A DNA stretch of 64,000 nucleotides from Carcharhinus amblyrhynchos (taxonomy: Eukaryota): assembly GCA_965287045.1 (NCBI GenBank), contig OZ336880.1, positions 4,960,001 through 5,024,000 on the forward strand. The letters are read 5' to 3'. Of the stretch, positions 50,111-61,821 are shown piece after piece. The position numbers were made by a program, and so were the translations under genes. The notes beneath the pieces were generated by a model that did no database searches, was not told the origin of the DNA, and worked only from the letters and a program-made list of their open reading frames with translations. Each line of letters begins with the position of its first letter. The first letter of the stretch is position 1.

Positions 50111-50454
50111 ACTTGCTCAATAAGGCAACTCATATTGCATTTAAATTTTACCCATTTCACAGTAATATTGGAACATATACAAACCCTTATTGTCAGTTCA
50201 AGCAAATTGTTACCTTCACCAGAATCACTTCAATACAACTCGTTTTTTTTCAAAAAAACTTAAAAGCTGTTTTGTTTGTTTACAGATAAAAAAGATGTAC
50301 ATTCCCTTGGTACTGTTGCTGTGATGCCATTACATTGACATTCTCTTTCCCAAACTGAAAGCTTTGCCAAAGTTATTCAACATTGCAGAGGTCATTAAAC
50401 ACTGCCATGTTTTCCTTAAAACATTTTACTGGTTGGCATTGACCAGGCTAAAGC

Positions 50455-50980
50455 CATGGCTTAGTTGGTAGCGTTCTTGCCTCAGAGTCAGAAGGCTGTT
50501 GGTTCAAGCTTCATCATTCCAGAGACCTGAGCACATTCCAATGCAGCATTAAGAGAGTGTTGCACCATCTTTTGGCTAAGATGGCTTGGTTAAATATCTT
50601 CCCTCTTAAGAGAAAGTAAAAAATTCCACTGCTCTGTATCGAAGAAGAGCAGAAGAGTTATCCTCAGTGTCCTGGTCTATATTTATCTCATCATTAAAAC
50701 CATAATTAAAAAAACAGATGATCTAGTCACCATAATTTTGCTGTTTGTAAGACGTCATTGTGTATCCAACATTGTAACATACAAACGCTTCAAAAGTTAA
50801 GCACCTCTTATGCCCTGAAGCTGTAAAAGATGCAGGCTGGAATTCTCCAGTGTGGTACACACTGCTACCACTGCCAGCAAGAATGGAAAACTCCAGCCAA
50901 AACTCCATAGCAGCAGGATCAGAGAATCCCAGCTGCAGGCAAGGTTGGAGAATTCCGCCTATAACACAAATGCATGTTTT
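50455..50980 (+). mobile_element. Ancient Deu-domain SINE (SacSINE1-like) with a MITE inserted in its tail
   Basis: tRNA head TGGCTTAGTTGG...GGTTCAAGC; Deu core gaagagcagaagagttatcctcagtgtcctggtctatatttatc; tail split by 50835-50960. Confidence 0.7.
50835..50960. mobile_element. MITE
   Basis: GGCTGGAATTCTCC...GGAGAATTCCGCCT. Confidence 0.75.
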
Positions 50981-51733
50981 TGCCATTTTCGGTATTCAAT
51001 CTTAAATTGTGAGCAGGAAAAAAAAATTATTCAACACAAAATCCAATGATTTTGGTGCTAAAAACTTGTGATAAAGTAGAGAAGAAATACAAGTTTAAAG
51101 ATGGTTTATATTATTTTCATGGCAATAGAAATTCTGAAGAAAGCACAGAAACTAAAAAAGGATTCAGTAACATTCACATTTAATGCAAAGCAGAAAAAAT
51201 ACTGTTAGCTACGCTCAGAACAGATATTAATTAGAGGAAAAGTATTTTAAGGTTTTATTACAGGACAATTTACATCTACAGTTCTGTTAAAAATGTGACA
51301 ACAGCAACTTTGCAGGCAGTTTTTGAATCAAAAGTTGCCCTTTCCATTTATCAATTATTTTATAGAATTCCTTTGTTTACTGTGTGCTGCCAAGTGATAT
51401 TGGAAGGAATATTGCAAGTATTTGTAATACCAAAAAATGTGATACAAAAACATTTGATGTATTAGTGGTTAATTGTGCAATTTGTGTAGAGTGGAAATTA
51501 AGTGCTGTCTTTCACCTTTCTTAGATAAACCAATTCCTGATCAGCAAATATAAAATATAAATCAAACAAACAAGTGGAAACTAACATAGCCCCTTCTCCC
51601 TCAGAGGATAACTTATTAGGTAAGAAACCAGCTCTTCCGTAACTGTTGATCCAAAGAACTTACTGCATGCACTTTGATAAGTCACTGTCCAGGTTCAAGG
51701 TGAGCTGACCTGTAGAAAAGTGGCATCACTTAC

Positions 51734-51941
51734 CAATTTCCCAGGTAGAAAGGTCATTAGCTTCAATTTCCTTCTGTCCAATGTAGTACCAAATGCAGGC
51801 CATCCAGTGGGCTATCAGGGCAAACATGGACATGAGCAGTGTGAGGACCACGGCACTGTACTGTGAATAACGATCCAATTTCTGAAGTAGCCGTAGCAGA
51901 CGCAGCAAGCGCACGGTTTTCAGCAGATGAACCCCAAAATA
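51734..51941 (-). CDS. KCNH3: Internal coding exon of ELK/Kv12 potassium channel (S4 voltage sensor-S5), KCNH3-like
   Basis: attccacag|TAT TTT GGG...ATT G|gtaagt; 208 nt, in frame with the upstream exon. Translates [69 protein letters not shown](G). NV/YFG-HLLK, YSAVV and YIGQ-EIE resemble KCNH3 more than KCNH4/KCNH8 (from recall; paralog call ~0.8). Confidence 0.95.
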
Positions 51942-53758
51942 CTGTGGAATTAATTAATAAATAGGCTCACAAAAATGTCTTTTTATCTGAGAGAAATTTT
52001 ATTTTTCTGCTGAGAATGAAAGACTAGTTAATTGTTGATAACAATCACAGTTTACTCACTAAAAACCTATAGTAATAAATTCGCAAAAAGTTATACCCCA
52101 ATGGCATTGCACTCAGGGAATGATCAGAGCAGAAGATTTCAATTGTTTTGAGAGAGGTGTCACCACACATCCTCATGGGTCTTTGCCCTCAAGACAGTGA
52201 CAGCTCTCCAAAATATATAAGGCTATTACTGATTTTTAAATAAGTAACCCAAAAACAAAAATAATGATAGAAAGTCAACAAAAAGAGAATGACAGAAATA
52301 TGAACCCCTCACACACAACTGAGATCCCTTGTGAATGCAAGGTCTAGAGATCCCAGTTTGAAAGCCAATGATCTAAAACTACTGTAGGATATCTTCAAAA
52401 ACCATCATCTATAAATAATGGAAATTTGCTCAATTTACCGACCAAACTTTTACCAAAGGATTCAGACAAAAGCCTTATTATTTGAGAATAGAGAAGAATA
52501 GAGCAGTCTTGTTTTAGAATTGCATTTAAGCACAAATCTGGACTCAGTTTCAGAGTAGTACTGTGAAAAGTACAATTTACAAACCATACATTAAATTCTT
52601 AATTGCCCACTCAAAACACATCCAAAGAAGAACATGAGAATGCAGTACTTTTTTTTAAATTGTAAGAAGCACTTGCCAATAATCTGATATGACATTGTAA
52701 CACCATGCTTTAAAAACAATTTTGTAGACAGTATGGTGGCACATTGGGTGGGGTGGGGGGAAGAGATGACGGCTTTGATCATGGCTCAGAGGGGGAGATA
52801 TGCTGGCTTTGATTGCAGTGTGGGGGAGCCCCTGAGGCCTCAGTGGTGGACGGGGGGAGATTATTTTTTTCCTTTTGAACTTTAAAAATGGTGCCCCAAA
52901 TTTCGATGCAGCTGTGCTTTACCATATAAAAATTGCATTTTACCGTGTAAAATTGCATTTTTAGATAAAAGATGGCCACCCTGTTATTCTTTTGGCAAAA
53001 CTGCATAAGGTCTGGTAGGAAAAAACAGCCTGTGCCAGAGTTCAGTCAGATTCTGACACTTTAATATTTTTTGGTAAGACTCTGCCCATTGTTTTCAGCA
53101 ATCCTGTTATTGGGTCTCTATGGCTTTGTGCTATTTATTTAAGCCTGAGACTTCCCAAAACTGATATAGTAAGTCTGTAGGCAGGGTTTTACCAAAGACC
53201 TTACGGCCCTGATGTCAGAATGAAATGGGTGGACCTGAGTCTGCATTTAGTCCAATTAAGGGATGGTGGGGAGTTCCTAATGCTGTGAGCATAATCAGAG
53301 GGCCAGCGGCACTAGAGCTTTGGTAACCTCTCTCAGACAGGTAAGCACTTCTGTGGGTGGTCAACATGAAGCTGCCCTCAGAAAGATAATTTAAAATAGA
53401 ATTCAAAGGTACCAAGCAAGCAGGCCTTATTGGAGCCAATAGAGTGGCTTTTGCTTGAGTCGCTAGCTCCCATTGGTCTCTAGGCTGTTGCAAGGAGACT
53501 GTGTTCATGAAGCTGGAATGATGAGTGCGGCTTGGTTGTTGGCAAAATGTGAGCTGCCTGGGAAAAGTGCTCTTATTAGGGACTTGAATTACTTATTTAG
53601 AATTGCATTTGAGCATAAATCTGGGTTCAAATGTATTTAAAATCGGTTGCCCACTTCCATTCACAGCTGCTCTGTGCTTGGTCCCACCACTAGGGAGCTT
53701 CCCCGACAGCAGGGAACTGTCCCGGCCTGGCTCCCTGCTATTTTAAAGGCGCCCCTTC

Positions 53759-54355
53759 ACAGAATTGTGTAGAAGGAGGATGTGTGGTCCTTTGTGTCCG
53801 CACTGGCTCTTCAATCGAGCATTGTAACTTAGTGACATTTCTCTGTTTTTCCCCATACTCCATACACACAGTTAATATTCAAATAATCACCTAATGCCTT
53901 CTTGAATGCCTTGATTGAATGTGCCTCCACAATACTTCCAGCCAGAGTGCAAAAAAGTTTTTTCTCACATCACCTTTGCTTTGTTTGCAAATCACTTTAA
54001 ATCTGTGTCCTTGCTTGATACTTTTACAAGTAGGAACAGATTTTCCTCATCCACTCTGTCCAGCCCCTTTAAGATTTTCAACATCTCTATCAAACCTCCT
54101 CTTAGCTTACTTCTTTCCAAAAAGAACAGTTTCAACCTTGCCAATCTATCCTCATAACTGAAATTTTTCAACTCTGGAACCAATCCTGAAAACCTTTTCT
54201 GCACTCTCTCCAGTGCATTCACATCCTTCCTATAGCGTGGCAGCCAGAATTGTATGCAATGTTCCAGCTGAGTTCTAACTAATGTCTTCTATAAGTTCAG
54301 GATTATCTCCTTGCTTTTGTACTCTATGCATCTATTAATAAAGCCCACAATATTA
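53759..54355 (-). mobile_element. Old CR1 3' fragment
   Basis: MNALERVQKRFSGLVPELKNFSYEDRLARLKLFFLE. Confidence 0.85.
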
Positions 54356-54378
54356 GATGTTATCCCCACCCACACCCT

Positions 54379-54695
54379 GACATGGTAGCACAGTAGTTAG
54401 CACTGCTGCCTCATTGCGCCAGAAACCCCGGTTTGATTCCTGGCTTGGGTTACTGTTTGTGTGGAGTTTGCACATTCTCCCCGTGTCCGTGCAGGATTCC
54501 TCCGGGTGCTCCAGTTTCCTCCCACAATCCAAAAATGTGCAGGTTAAATTGACTGGCCATGCTAAATTGCTCCTTAGTGTTACGGGGATGTCAGGGGGAT
54601 TAGTAGGATAAATATGTGGGGTTACGGGGCTTGGGTGGGATTGTTGTCGGTGCAGACTCAATGGCCTCCTTTTGCACTGTAGTTATCTTATTCTA
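54379..54695 (+). mobile_element. HE1-type SINE
   Basis: catggtagcacagtagttagcactgctgcctca...ggtgcagactcaatggcctccttttgcactgtag. Confidence 0.9.
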
Positions 54696-55242
54696 CCCCC
54701 TTACCACCTTTCCCTAGTACCAGTAAAATCCTGCCTTGTAAATCCAAGTAAGGAAATTGATCGGTATCACCTTGATTTGTGTGGACCATTAATTCTGTGC
54801 AATATTTGAACAGTTCAGCAGAAGAGATTGAGCTGGATTTATCCTCTTACACAAATTATACCATAATTATATCTGAAACATAATTAGCCTGATCTAAAGT
54901 CCATTGGCCAATCAATTAATGATAGTCACTAAAACCTTGCTGGCATTTAGGCCAGCAGGATCTTAAGGTCCCACCGCTAGTGAATGGTGCATCATCTCCC
55001 ACCAACATGAAACACACCACAGAGGAGGGAAAAAATCCTACCATCATGTTGGCCAAGGGGGAAGTTGATTTTGGAAGATAAAAGCAGCAGAATGAAGCAG
55101 AATTATGTTACCACAGCACCCCAGACAAATTTTCCAGGGTGAAATATCACATTTGTCACCTAAGGAAGCCAAGAGAGAATTGGGACCAAGCTAGGTTGCC
55201 TCTTAATTGAAAATAAAATATATTCAAATACAGGACTCTAAG

Positions 55243-57838
55243 GTTATGAATTTTCCCCCAAAAATTGAAGTGTCATATTGGCGAGAAAACCGAAGCGATC
55301 CATGACGGTCTCCCTGGCGCAGTCCCACACAGTGCACTGAACAAACCCCTGTTTGAAACACACCAGTATGGAGCCCCACGTGTGTGATTCCCTCAAACTG
55401 GCCCGAAAGTGTGCACTGTTAACAAGGGGGAGCTCCATAGATCGGAGGTGTCCTCCACTCCCTCCTGGTCTGCCTCCTACTCAGGAATACACACGGTCTT
55501 CCTCCTCCTTCAGAATGTCACCACTCCAGGTAGTACAGTGCACAGCAGACTACCATGATGTGGAAGACTCTCACAATGCTCTACAGTATAAGGGGGCTTA
55601 TACTGTAGAGCATTGCCAGAGCAGTCCAGGCAGTGGAACCGCATCTTGAGCATGCCAATGCACTGTTCAATGATAGGTCAGGCGGCAGCTTAGACCTCAC
55701 TGTAGCTGGTTTCCACCTTGATTGTGGGCCTCCGCACTGGTATCATCAGTCATGACTCAGCGAGTAGCTCTTGTCCCCGATGAGCCATTCCAGCAGCCTG
55801 GAGTGGTCCTTGAAGACGCTGGGGATATTGGAATGCCCCAGCATGTAGCTGTCATGCCTGTTCACCAGACAGCATGCACACATGTGCATCACATTGAGTA
55901 GGTGGTCACACACAATTTGGACATTCAGGCAGTGGAACCTTTTGCAATTGATGAAGGGTGCTCCCTGATGTCATGGGCTCATAAAATGACATGCTTGCTT
56001 TCCATAGCCCTCTGCACCTGTGGCACACTGGCAGTGACGAAGAAGCCTGCAGCCTGGGCATCTTATTGGGCCTGGCCCAAATCAAAATGAATGTACTGGG
56101 ATATCCAGGCATACGTGGCATCTGTGACCTCCCAGATGTACTTGTGGGTTGATGACTGCGAGGTACCGCACAAGTGCTCATTTGACCCCTGGAATGATCT
56201 GGTGGTGAACAAGTTCAGGGCTTCTATGACCTTCATGGCCACTGGGAATATGTATCCTCCTCCCCCTTGAAGTGCCAGTCAGTGTATCCTTGCTCAGGCA
56301 GAGTCTCCAGCGGCACGGTCGCTGCTCATTATAGGACATGCAAGTACTGTACAGTCAAGGTCTCCTTCTCCTCTTTTAGTCTCCTCCTTGGGCCACTGGG
56401 CAGCTGCATCCTGACCTTGACCTGCAGCCCGCTGTTGTTCTGGTGCAACCTTCAGCCTTGCTTGGCCTTGCCACGGGCAGCCAAATCTGTCAGCCACCAC
56501 AGCAGCAATGAGGATTATGGCCAACTTTGCTGGCTCAAACCTGGCATTCATGGTTCCTCTACAGGATGGGAAGGACAGTGGGAGAGATAGTTCATAACAT
56601 TATTCGTCTCAGGCACCAGGTCCATGGTCCAGGTCATGGTCCAGCACCCTGTGTCCTCATGATGCTGGACCATGACAATCCTTACACCATCCCTAATGCC
56701 ATGCACCTCCTCCACTGGCTGCCAACCTTTACCACATCATTGTCTCAGAGGCCGTGGGCACTGTCCACACCCCTTCATAGTTGCCAATAGCTTCCAACAT
56801 GGCTGTACACCTCCCTTCACATGATGTGGAATGATGCTTTCTGTACTCCAAATGAAGTTGCATGGTCACTGGTCAGCCTCCTCAGATATGGACTCCGATA
56901 CCACAGGTCATTGACAGCATGTGGCATACTGGGCTCAGCGCTCACATAGAGTATAAGGTCTTCATTGCGATACCCTTACAGTATAAACCTGTGTGCAAAT
57001 GCCTGGACATATGGTGCAAACTAGCTTCCAGGCATAGCGTGCAGTTCAGACAGATGATAAAAAAGCACCCTCCTGACTTTCATGCAATGGGTGCCCATTG
57101 TAGGGAGCACTCCACAGTTCATACAGGAGCTGTGTTAATATCTGTAAAGCTCCCTTGATTGGGGGGACAGCTGCCAGACTTGGTGTTTGTAACTGTTAGT
57201 GGGATCTGGGATTGCATGTCTGCAATAAACCACAGAGCCTGTCCAGCAGATGGATGGCGGAGTAACCAGTGCAACATTAGTGGTATTTGAACTGAACCTC
57301 ATATCAAACCCCTCTGGGGTCTTTCAGCGGGCAGGGAGAATGCTCACCACACAAGCCCCAACCAGCGGCGACCACTGACCTGAGGATCCCTAACTCAGCT
57401 CGAGCTCCCTTTCCCACCAAGCCCTTACACCCTTCAAGGCCCCCCACTCCAACCTGCACTATGGCAGCATCTGACCTGTCCTTTTACACCCTAGAGGTTG
57501 GCGTACTCACTTCCTCAGTCACCCTTGCAACTGTGAAGTCTGAACCACACTTCAAGGGAGCAGCAGCGATTCATGCCTGTGTGACATGCTGCCAGAGAGT
57601 TGGGAACATTCTGGGAGGGCGGATGGTCTGAACCGAACTCAGAATTGAGATTGAAATCCACCAATTTAATGTGATATATATTTATCAGCCTCGTGTCTAG
57701 AATGGTGCCAGTAGAAAGGGGCTGGGAAGATTACAAACTGTTTGGTGTGGGACACAAACCAATTTTTAGGCCTGCGCGCTATTTTCCGGGATTAGCATGA
57801 TCTGTACCAGTCACAGCAAGGCCTGAAAATCACCACCA
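55243..57838 (-). mobile_element. Degraded PIF/Harbinger transposon (HARBI1-like transposase pseudogene at ~55500-56400)
   Basis: Minus strand PVAMKVIEALNLFTTRSFQGSNEHLCGTSQSSTHKYIWEVTDA, then VQRAM, KGS/FHCLNVQIVCDH, HDSY and IEQCIGMLKMRFHCLDCSGNALQY remnants. Ends approximate. Confidence 0.85.
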
Positions 57839-58357
57839 TCAGCATGCATTTTACTCTTATTTACATTTTTAAAAATGTGTTATGTTCTATCTATGTTTGA
57901 CTGACCCTCCTGCAGAGTCTTAATTGATTCACTGAAAACATGTGAATGCTGGTTTTTATTCCCGGTAATTTATTTCTACAATCACTGCTCTCTGTTCTGG
58001 CATCCACACGTGGCTTTGCTGGTACTGGACAGACATTGCATAAAGTCTCTATGCTCCCAGTCAGGCAGGGGTGTTTGATGGTCCAATCATTTCAGCCTCA
58101 ACTTACACTATCTCAAACCCTGTCCTCTCATTAACAACCCTAGCCGCCCCTGAAACCTTTGCTTCATACTGCCAGGTTTGAGATTTCGAAAGGGAAGAGG
58201 ACAGTAGCAAATTGGCTTTCACCAAACCCAACTTCAATACCCAAACACTCCACACATGTCACCCCCTTGGCCTTTGGCTGGTGTATCCTTCTTCAGGTAC
58301 TATGCCCTATGGGGCATTAGTATCGTGGATCAGTTCCTGATTATGTTAGGCATTGAA

Positions 58358-58411
58358 CTGCAGTGGTTTGCCATTGCCTGTTGCAGTGGTTTGCCATTGC
58401 CTGCTGCAGTG
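58358..58411 (+). repeat. 23-bp tandem duplication
   Basis: tgcagtggtttgccattgcctg(t/c) twice plus a partial third unit. Confidence 0.9.
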
Positions 58412-59188
58412 TGGCTGACGAGAAAACTTTCCTTCTCTTACTGCCTGCTATCAGAGCTACTGAAAGGACTTACAGGCTGATTATCAGCCTGTTTGACCAC
58501 ATTAGGAATACTCCTTCTGTGGCCATCAAGTCCTGGAGTGGGACTAGAACCTAAAGCTTCTAGCCCAGAGGTAGAGATGCTGCCCACAGCATTGTAAGAC
58601 CCCCTAAGTTGCTAACTTGTTCTTTATACATCTTAGTGGATAATTCAATTTTTTGTTAAGATATTGGTTCACGCAGAAAATTACTGGCTGAGGTTACATA
58701 TAATAAATAGATAATTAGTCTCATGAACTGAGTTGGATGGTGTTGTGTATGCAGTGTCCGTCTCTTTAAGGTGGTATAGCAGAAAAGGAGCACTTGATTT
58801 GAGGCACCCATGGGATCTGAAAATGAGTGATCACCCCAGAGGGTGAAGTCTTTTCTCAGGTAGGATCATCTGGCAGCCATGTAGTTAACATCATAAAGAC
58901 TGGAGCTGCAACTCCTGCCCACCACTTCTATACGTTCTTATGTAATTAGCTATGTTGTCAGAGTACTACCTTCTCATATGGGAAATTACTTACGTAAGTG
59001 GCACTATCGACATATGGAAGGGAAAGGAAATGAAAAAATGAATCACTTAAAAATGTATGAACTAAAACGTTTCAATTCTTTATGTGCCAGAATTAGAAAT
59101 AAAATCAGACAAACTGATTGCAGAGTCTGCCTAATTCTAGAATCCAAAAATTGGCCTTGCAACCTAAAACAAACAGAAATAAGGTATA

Positions 59189-59400
59189 ACAGAAAATGCT
59201 GGAAAATCTCAACAGGTCTGACAGCATCTGTGGAGAGAGAATAGAGCCAATGTTTTGATTATGATGAAGGGTCATCCCAACTCAAAATATTGGCTCTACT
59301 CTTTCTCCACAGATTCTCTGTCGGACCTGCTGAGTTTTTCCAGCATTTTCTGTTTCTGTTTTCAGATTACAGAATCGATAGTATTTTACTTTTACCTTAA
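59189..59400 (+). mobile_element. Palindromic insertion with 12-bp TSD, probably Penelope-like-element derived
   Basis: TSD AAATAAGGTATA at 59177-59188 and 59401-59412; ~70-bp inverted arms 59188-59258 and 59282-59354; loop TTATGATGAAGGGTCATCCCAAC. Confidence 0.8.
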
Positions 59401-59509
59401 AAATAAGGTATAGCCACTTCAGGAGCTCAGTCAATGTTCTGACTTAACGTGCTTATACTGTGATCTGTATCTTTCTTCACTTCAATATTTCATAAGTAGA
59501 CAGACTCAC

Positions 59510-59667
59510 CACATTGATATTGAATGCGTAGAGGAGGTCAAAGGGAAGTGCAGCTATAAGATCCACGAAGAACCAGGTAGTTGCATAGTGCACACAAATT
59601 GAGCGAGGATCATAGATAACCTGTCCAGACTTACTGACATACGTTGTCCGAAAATTCAGTATGATAT
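59510..59667 (-). CDS. KCNH3: Internal coding exon of ELK/Kv12 potassium channel (S2-S3 region), KCNH3-like
   Basis: Minus strand reads ttttattttctag|AT ATC ATA CTG...AAT GTG|gtgagt. It is 158 nt (phase 1 to 0) and translates (D)[52 protein letters not shown], the EAG-family S2-S3 signature. Missed by the ORF track. Confidence 0.95.
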
Positions 59668-60418
59668 CTAGAAAATAAAAATAAGAGTGAAAGATTTAAT
59701 TCAAAATAATCACTTAAAGGTAATGGCATTCATTACGTAGAAAAGAACAGAACAAAAATTATTTTAGAGAAAAGAAATGGGAAATAAATACATTGAGTGT
59801 GGAGATCAGGTTCTGTATTTAAATATTATTTTTAGACCAATAAATGCACTCTTTGGAATTAATGAGAAATTTTTTGGTACATTAAAATTCAATGCTTGGA
59901 TCAGCTATTTATTTAGCCAGAGTCAGCGGTCTGAAAAATTATTTAGTCTGCGCATATGATTGACAACACATGTCCAAAGAAATTGCACCAGCATGGAGCC
60001 CTGGTTGTATCATCATTTTATTTTATTCAGTCAGCAGCAAACAGAAGAGGACTTGCCCTTAGCAAACCTCAAACGTCTTCACTGTACTCAAAATTCCTAG
60101 GTCACTGCCCATGATTTTCCAATATGAAGCATGTAAAGGACTTTGCCACAGGCAACAGTAAAAATAATCTACCTTTTAGAGTGGTCAGAAGCTTCCGTTT
60201 AATGTACCGAGTGCAGTCTTGTGTTCAGGAATTGCAGTGACAAGTATCAACCAGTACAAATATCAACCAAAAGGCAGTCATTTATATTTCGTCCTAGCAG
60301 TGAATTGTCTCCAGGAATTTGCTGAAAACCTAATATGTGAGGAATTGTCTCTGGAGGCACCAACGCTGCTTCTTTACGTGCAGTTCAGGAAGCAACACCT
60401 TATTTTACAAACAGCATG

Positions 60419-61110
60419 GGGCAGAATCTTACCAAAAAATGACAGTTTCAAGATCTGACTGCAAACAGGCGTGTTTCTCTTCCTCCCTCCACTGCCAAAG
60501 TCTTTGTCAGCAGTTTCCTCCCCCCCTCATCTTCTTCCCCCCGAACGCCGTTCCCACCACCACAAACAGTCAATACCAACATCCTCCCCATCTCCACACT
60601 CCAAACAGCCATTGCTGGCATCACACCTCTTCCTCCACCACTCACCAAAACAGTCATCATTGGCATCCCCGCCTCTCCCACATCCACCCCGCCCCCGCCC
60701 CATTACCACAAATAAATGAATCTTCACACGCGAGGGTCCTCTTGGGGCCCATCCCTGGTACTGATTTAACCTGTGCCGGGGGCAGTGTTGGGGGCATTGC
60801 CAGAGCACTGCCTGGCTATGTCCCTCTCCCCAGAGGCTGAGTGAACCTGCTGTGAACTTGCTGACATGATGTCACTTCAGGTATGAAAATTTAGTGAAGG
60901 GTGAATATATGGCAAGGAAGGAGTTTAATGACATTAAAATTTATTTAAATATATTAAAATAAGGTTCTTGCACATTATGAACTCGATTATGTCGCTAGCG
61001 AGGGGTGGTGAAAATTGGAAATTGCGATCTCGCCAGTGAGATTTGTGATTTCCGGGTTTCACTGAACATTGGGCCCCACCTCCAATCCCAGGGACGGAAA
61101 ATGCAGGCTC
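60419..61110. mobile_element. Non-autonomous TIR element; related inverted fragment at ~52730-53087
   Basis: Starts GGGCAGAATCTTACCAAAAAAT; the reverse complement of 53066-53087 reads GGGCAGAGTCTTACCAAAAAAT. Internal C-rich triple repeat (caaacagtca). Confidence 0.6.
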
Positions 61111-61821
61111 ACAATTACCAACAATGTAAGTATCCATTAGTAATTTCCTTCTAAAGAGAATTTTACATTAGAAGTGTGAGCATTTGGAGCAAAACATATT
61201 CTATTGTGTTCGTTTTTGTTTACTCTCACACTGAATTCTCTACCAGTAGCCTGTTTTTCCACCCTGAACCATCCCCACTTGGTGTCTTGCAAGGACCTCT
61301 TCTTGGTTGCTTGATGTTCCTCATCTTCACACTGTTTCTTCAATGGGAAACATGGGATCAGCTTTCATTTGTACACAGGTGACATCCAGCTCACCTGTCA
61401 CTGCCTCCTTTGATATCTCCACTGCTACATCTTGCATGCCATCCAGTTCTTAAGTGCAGTTGGAGTGAATGAGTCACTGAAGTTATATATAATAGGTGCC
61501 AAGAAGTGTAGTATGATACACTGGAATTCTCAATTGGTGAGTGTAGGACAAATACAGTCATTTGGACACTAAAGAATAGGGATTGAAATGGTTCAATCTG
61601 TAACAAGGGTTTAATGTGAATTGTGAAGTCAGAAGGGGTAATTTTCTAACTTCAAACTGGAAGATGAACCTTCCTCACTTATGCTGCACGTTTTTAACTT
61701 TAGCATGGGCTTCATGTTATTTCTTGAATCTAAAACAGTTGGAAAATGGGGTGAAGCAGCACAAGTTAGAAAATTACTCCTGATATGTTAGTTCCTTAGG
61801 GATTCTCAGTTCAACTACTGC

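Larger units (their letters stand above)
53179..54736. mobile_element. Non-autonomous TIR element with TGT TSD, containing nested CR1 and SINE
   Basis: tgt|AGGCAGGGTTTTAC...GTAAAATCCTGCCT|tgt (13/14 TIR match). Confidence 0.75.
51942..59509 (-). other. GT-AG intron (7568 nt) between the two channel exons
   Basis: gtgagt donor at 59504-59509 and cag acceptor at 51942-51944 (minus strand); phase 0 on both sides. Confidence 0.9.

Noticed and set aside
51726-51914. Stand-alone 62-aa ORF
   Set aside because: Part of the spliced 208-nt channel exon; the ORF-track start and stop are artefacts of ignoring splicing.
55500-56400. Host HARBI1 gene
   Set aside because: Frameshifted, stop-containing and embedded in transposon-like flanks, with a second diverged copy in the same window.
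60337-60840. 167-aa His/Pro-rich ORF and overlapping ORFs
   Set aside because: Arises from the C-rich low-complexity interior of a TIR element.
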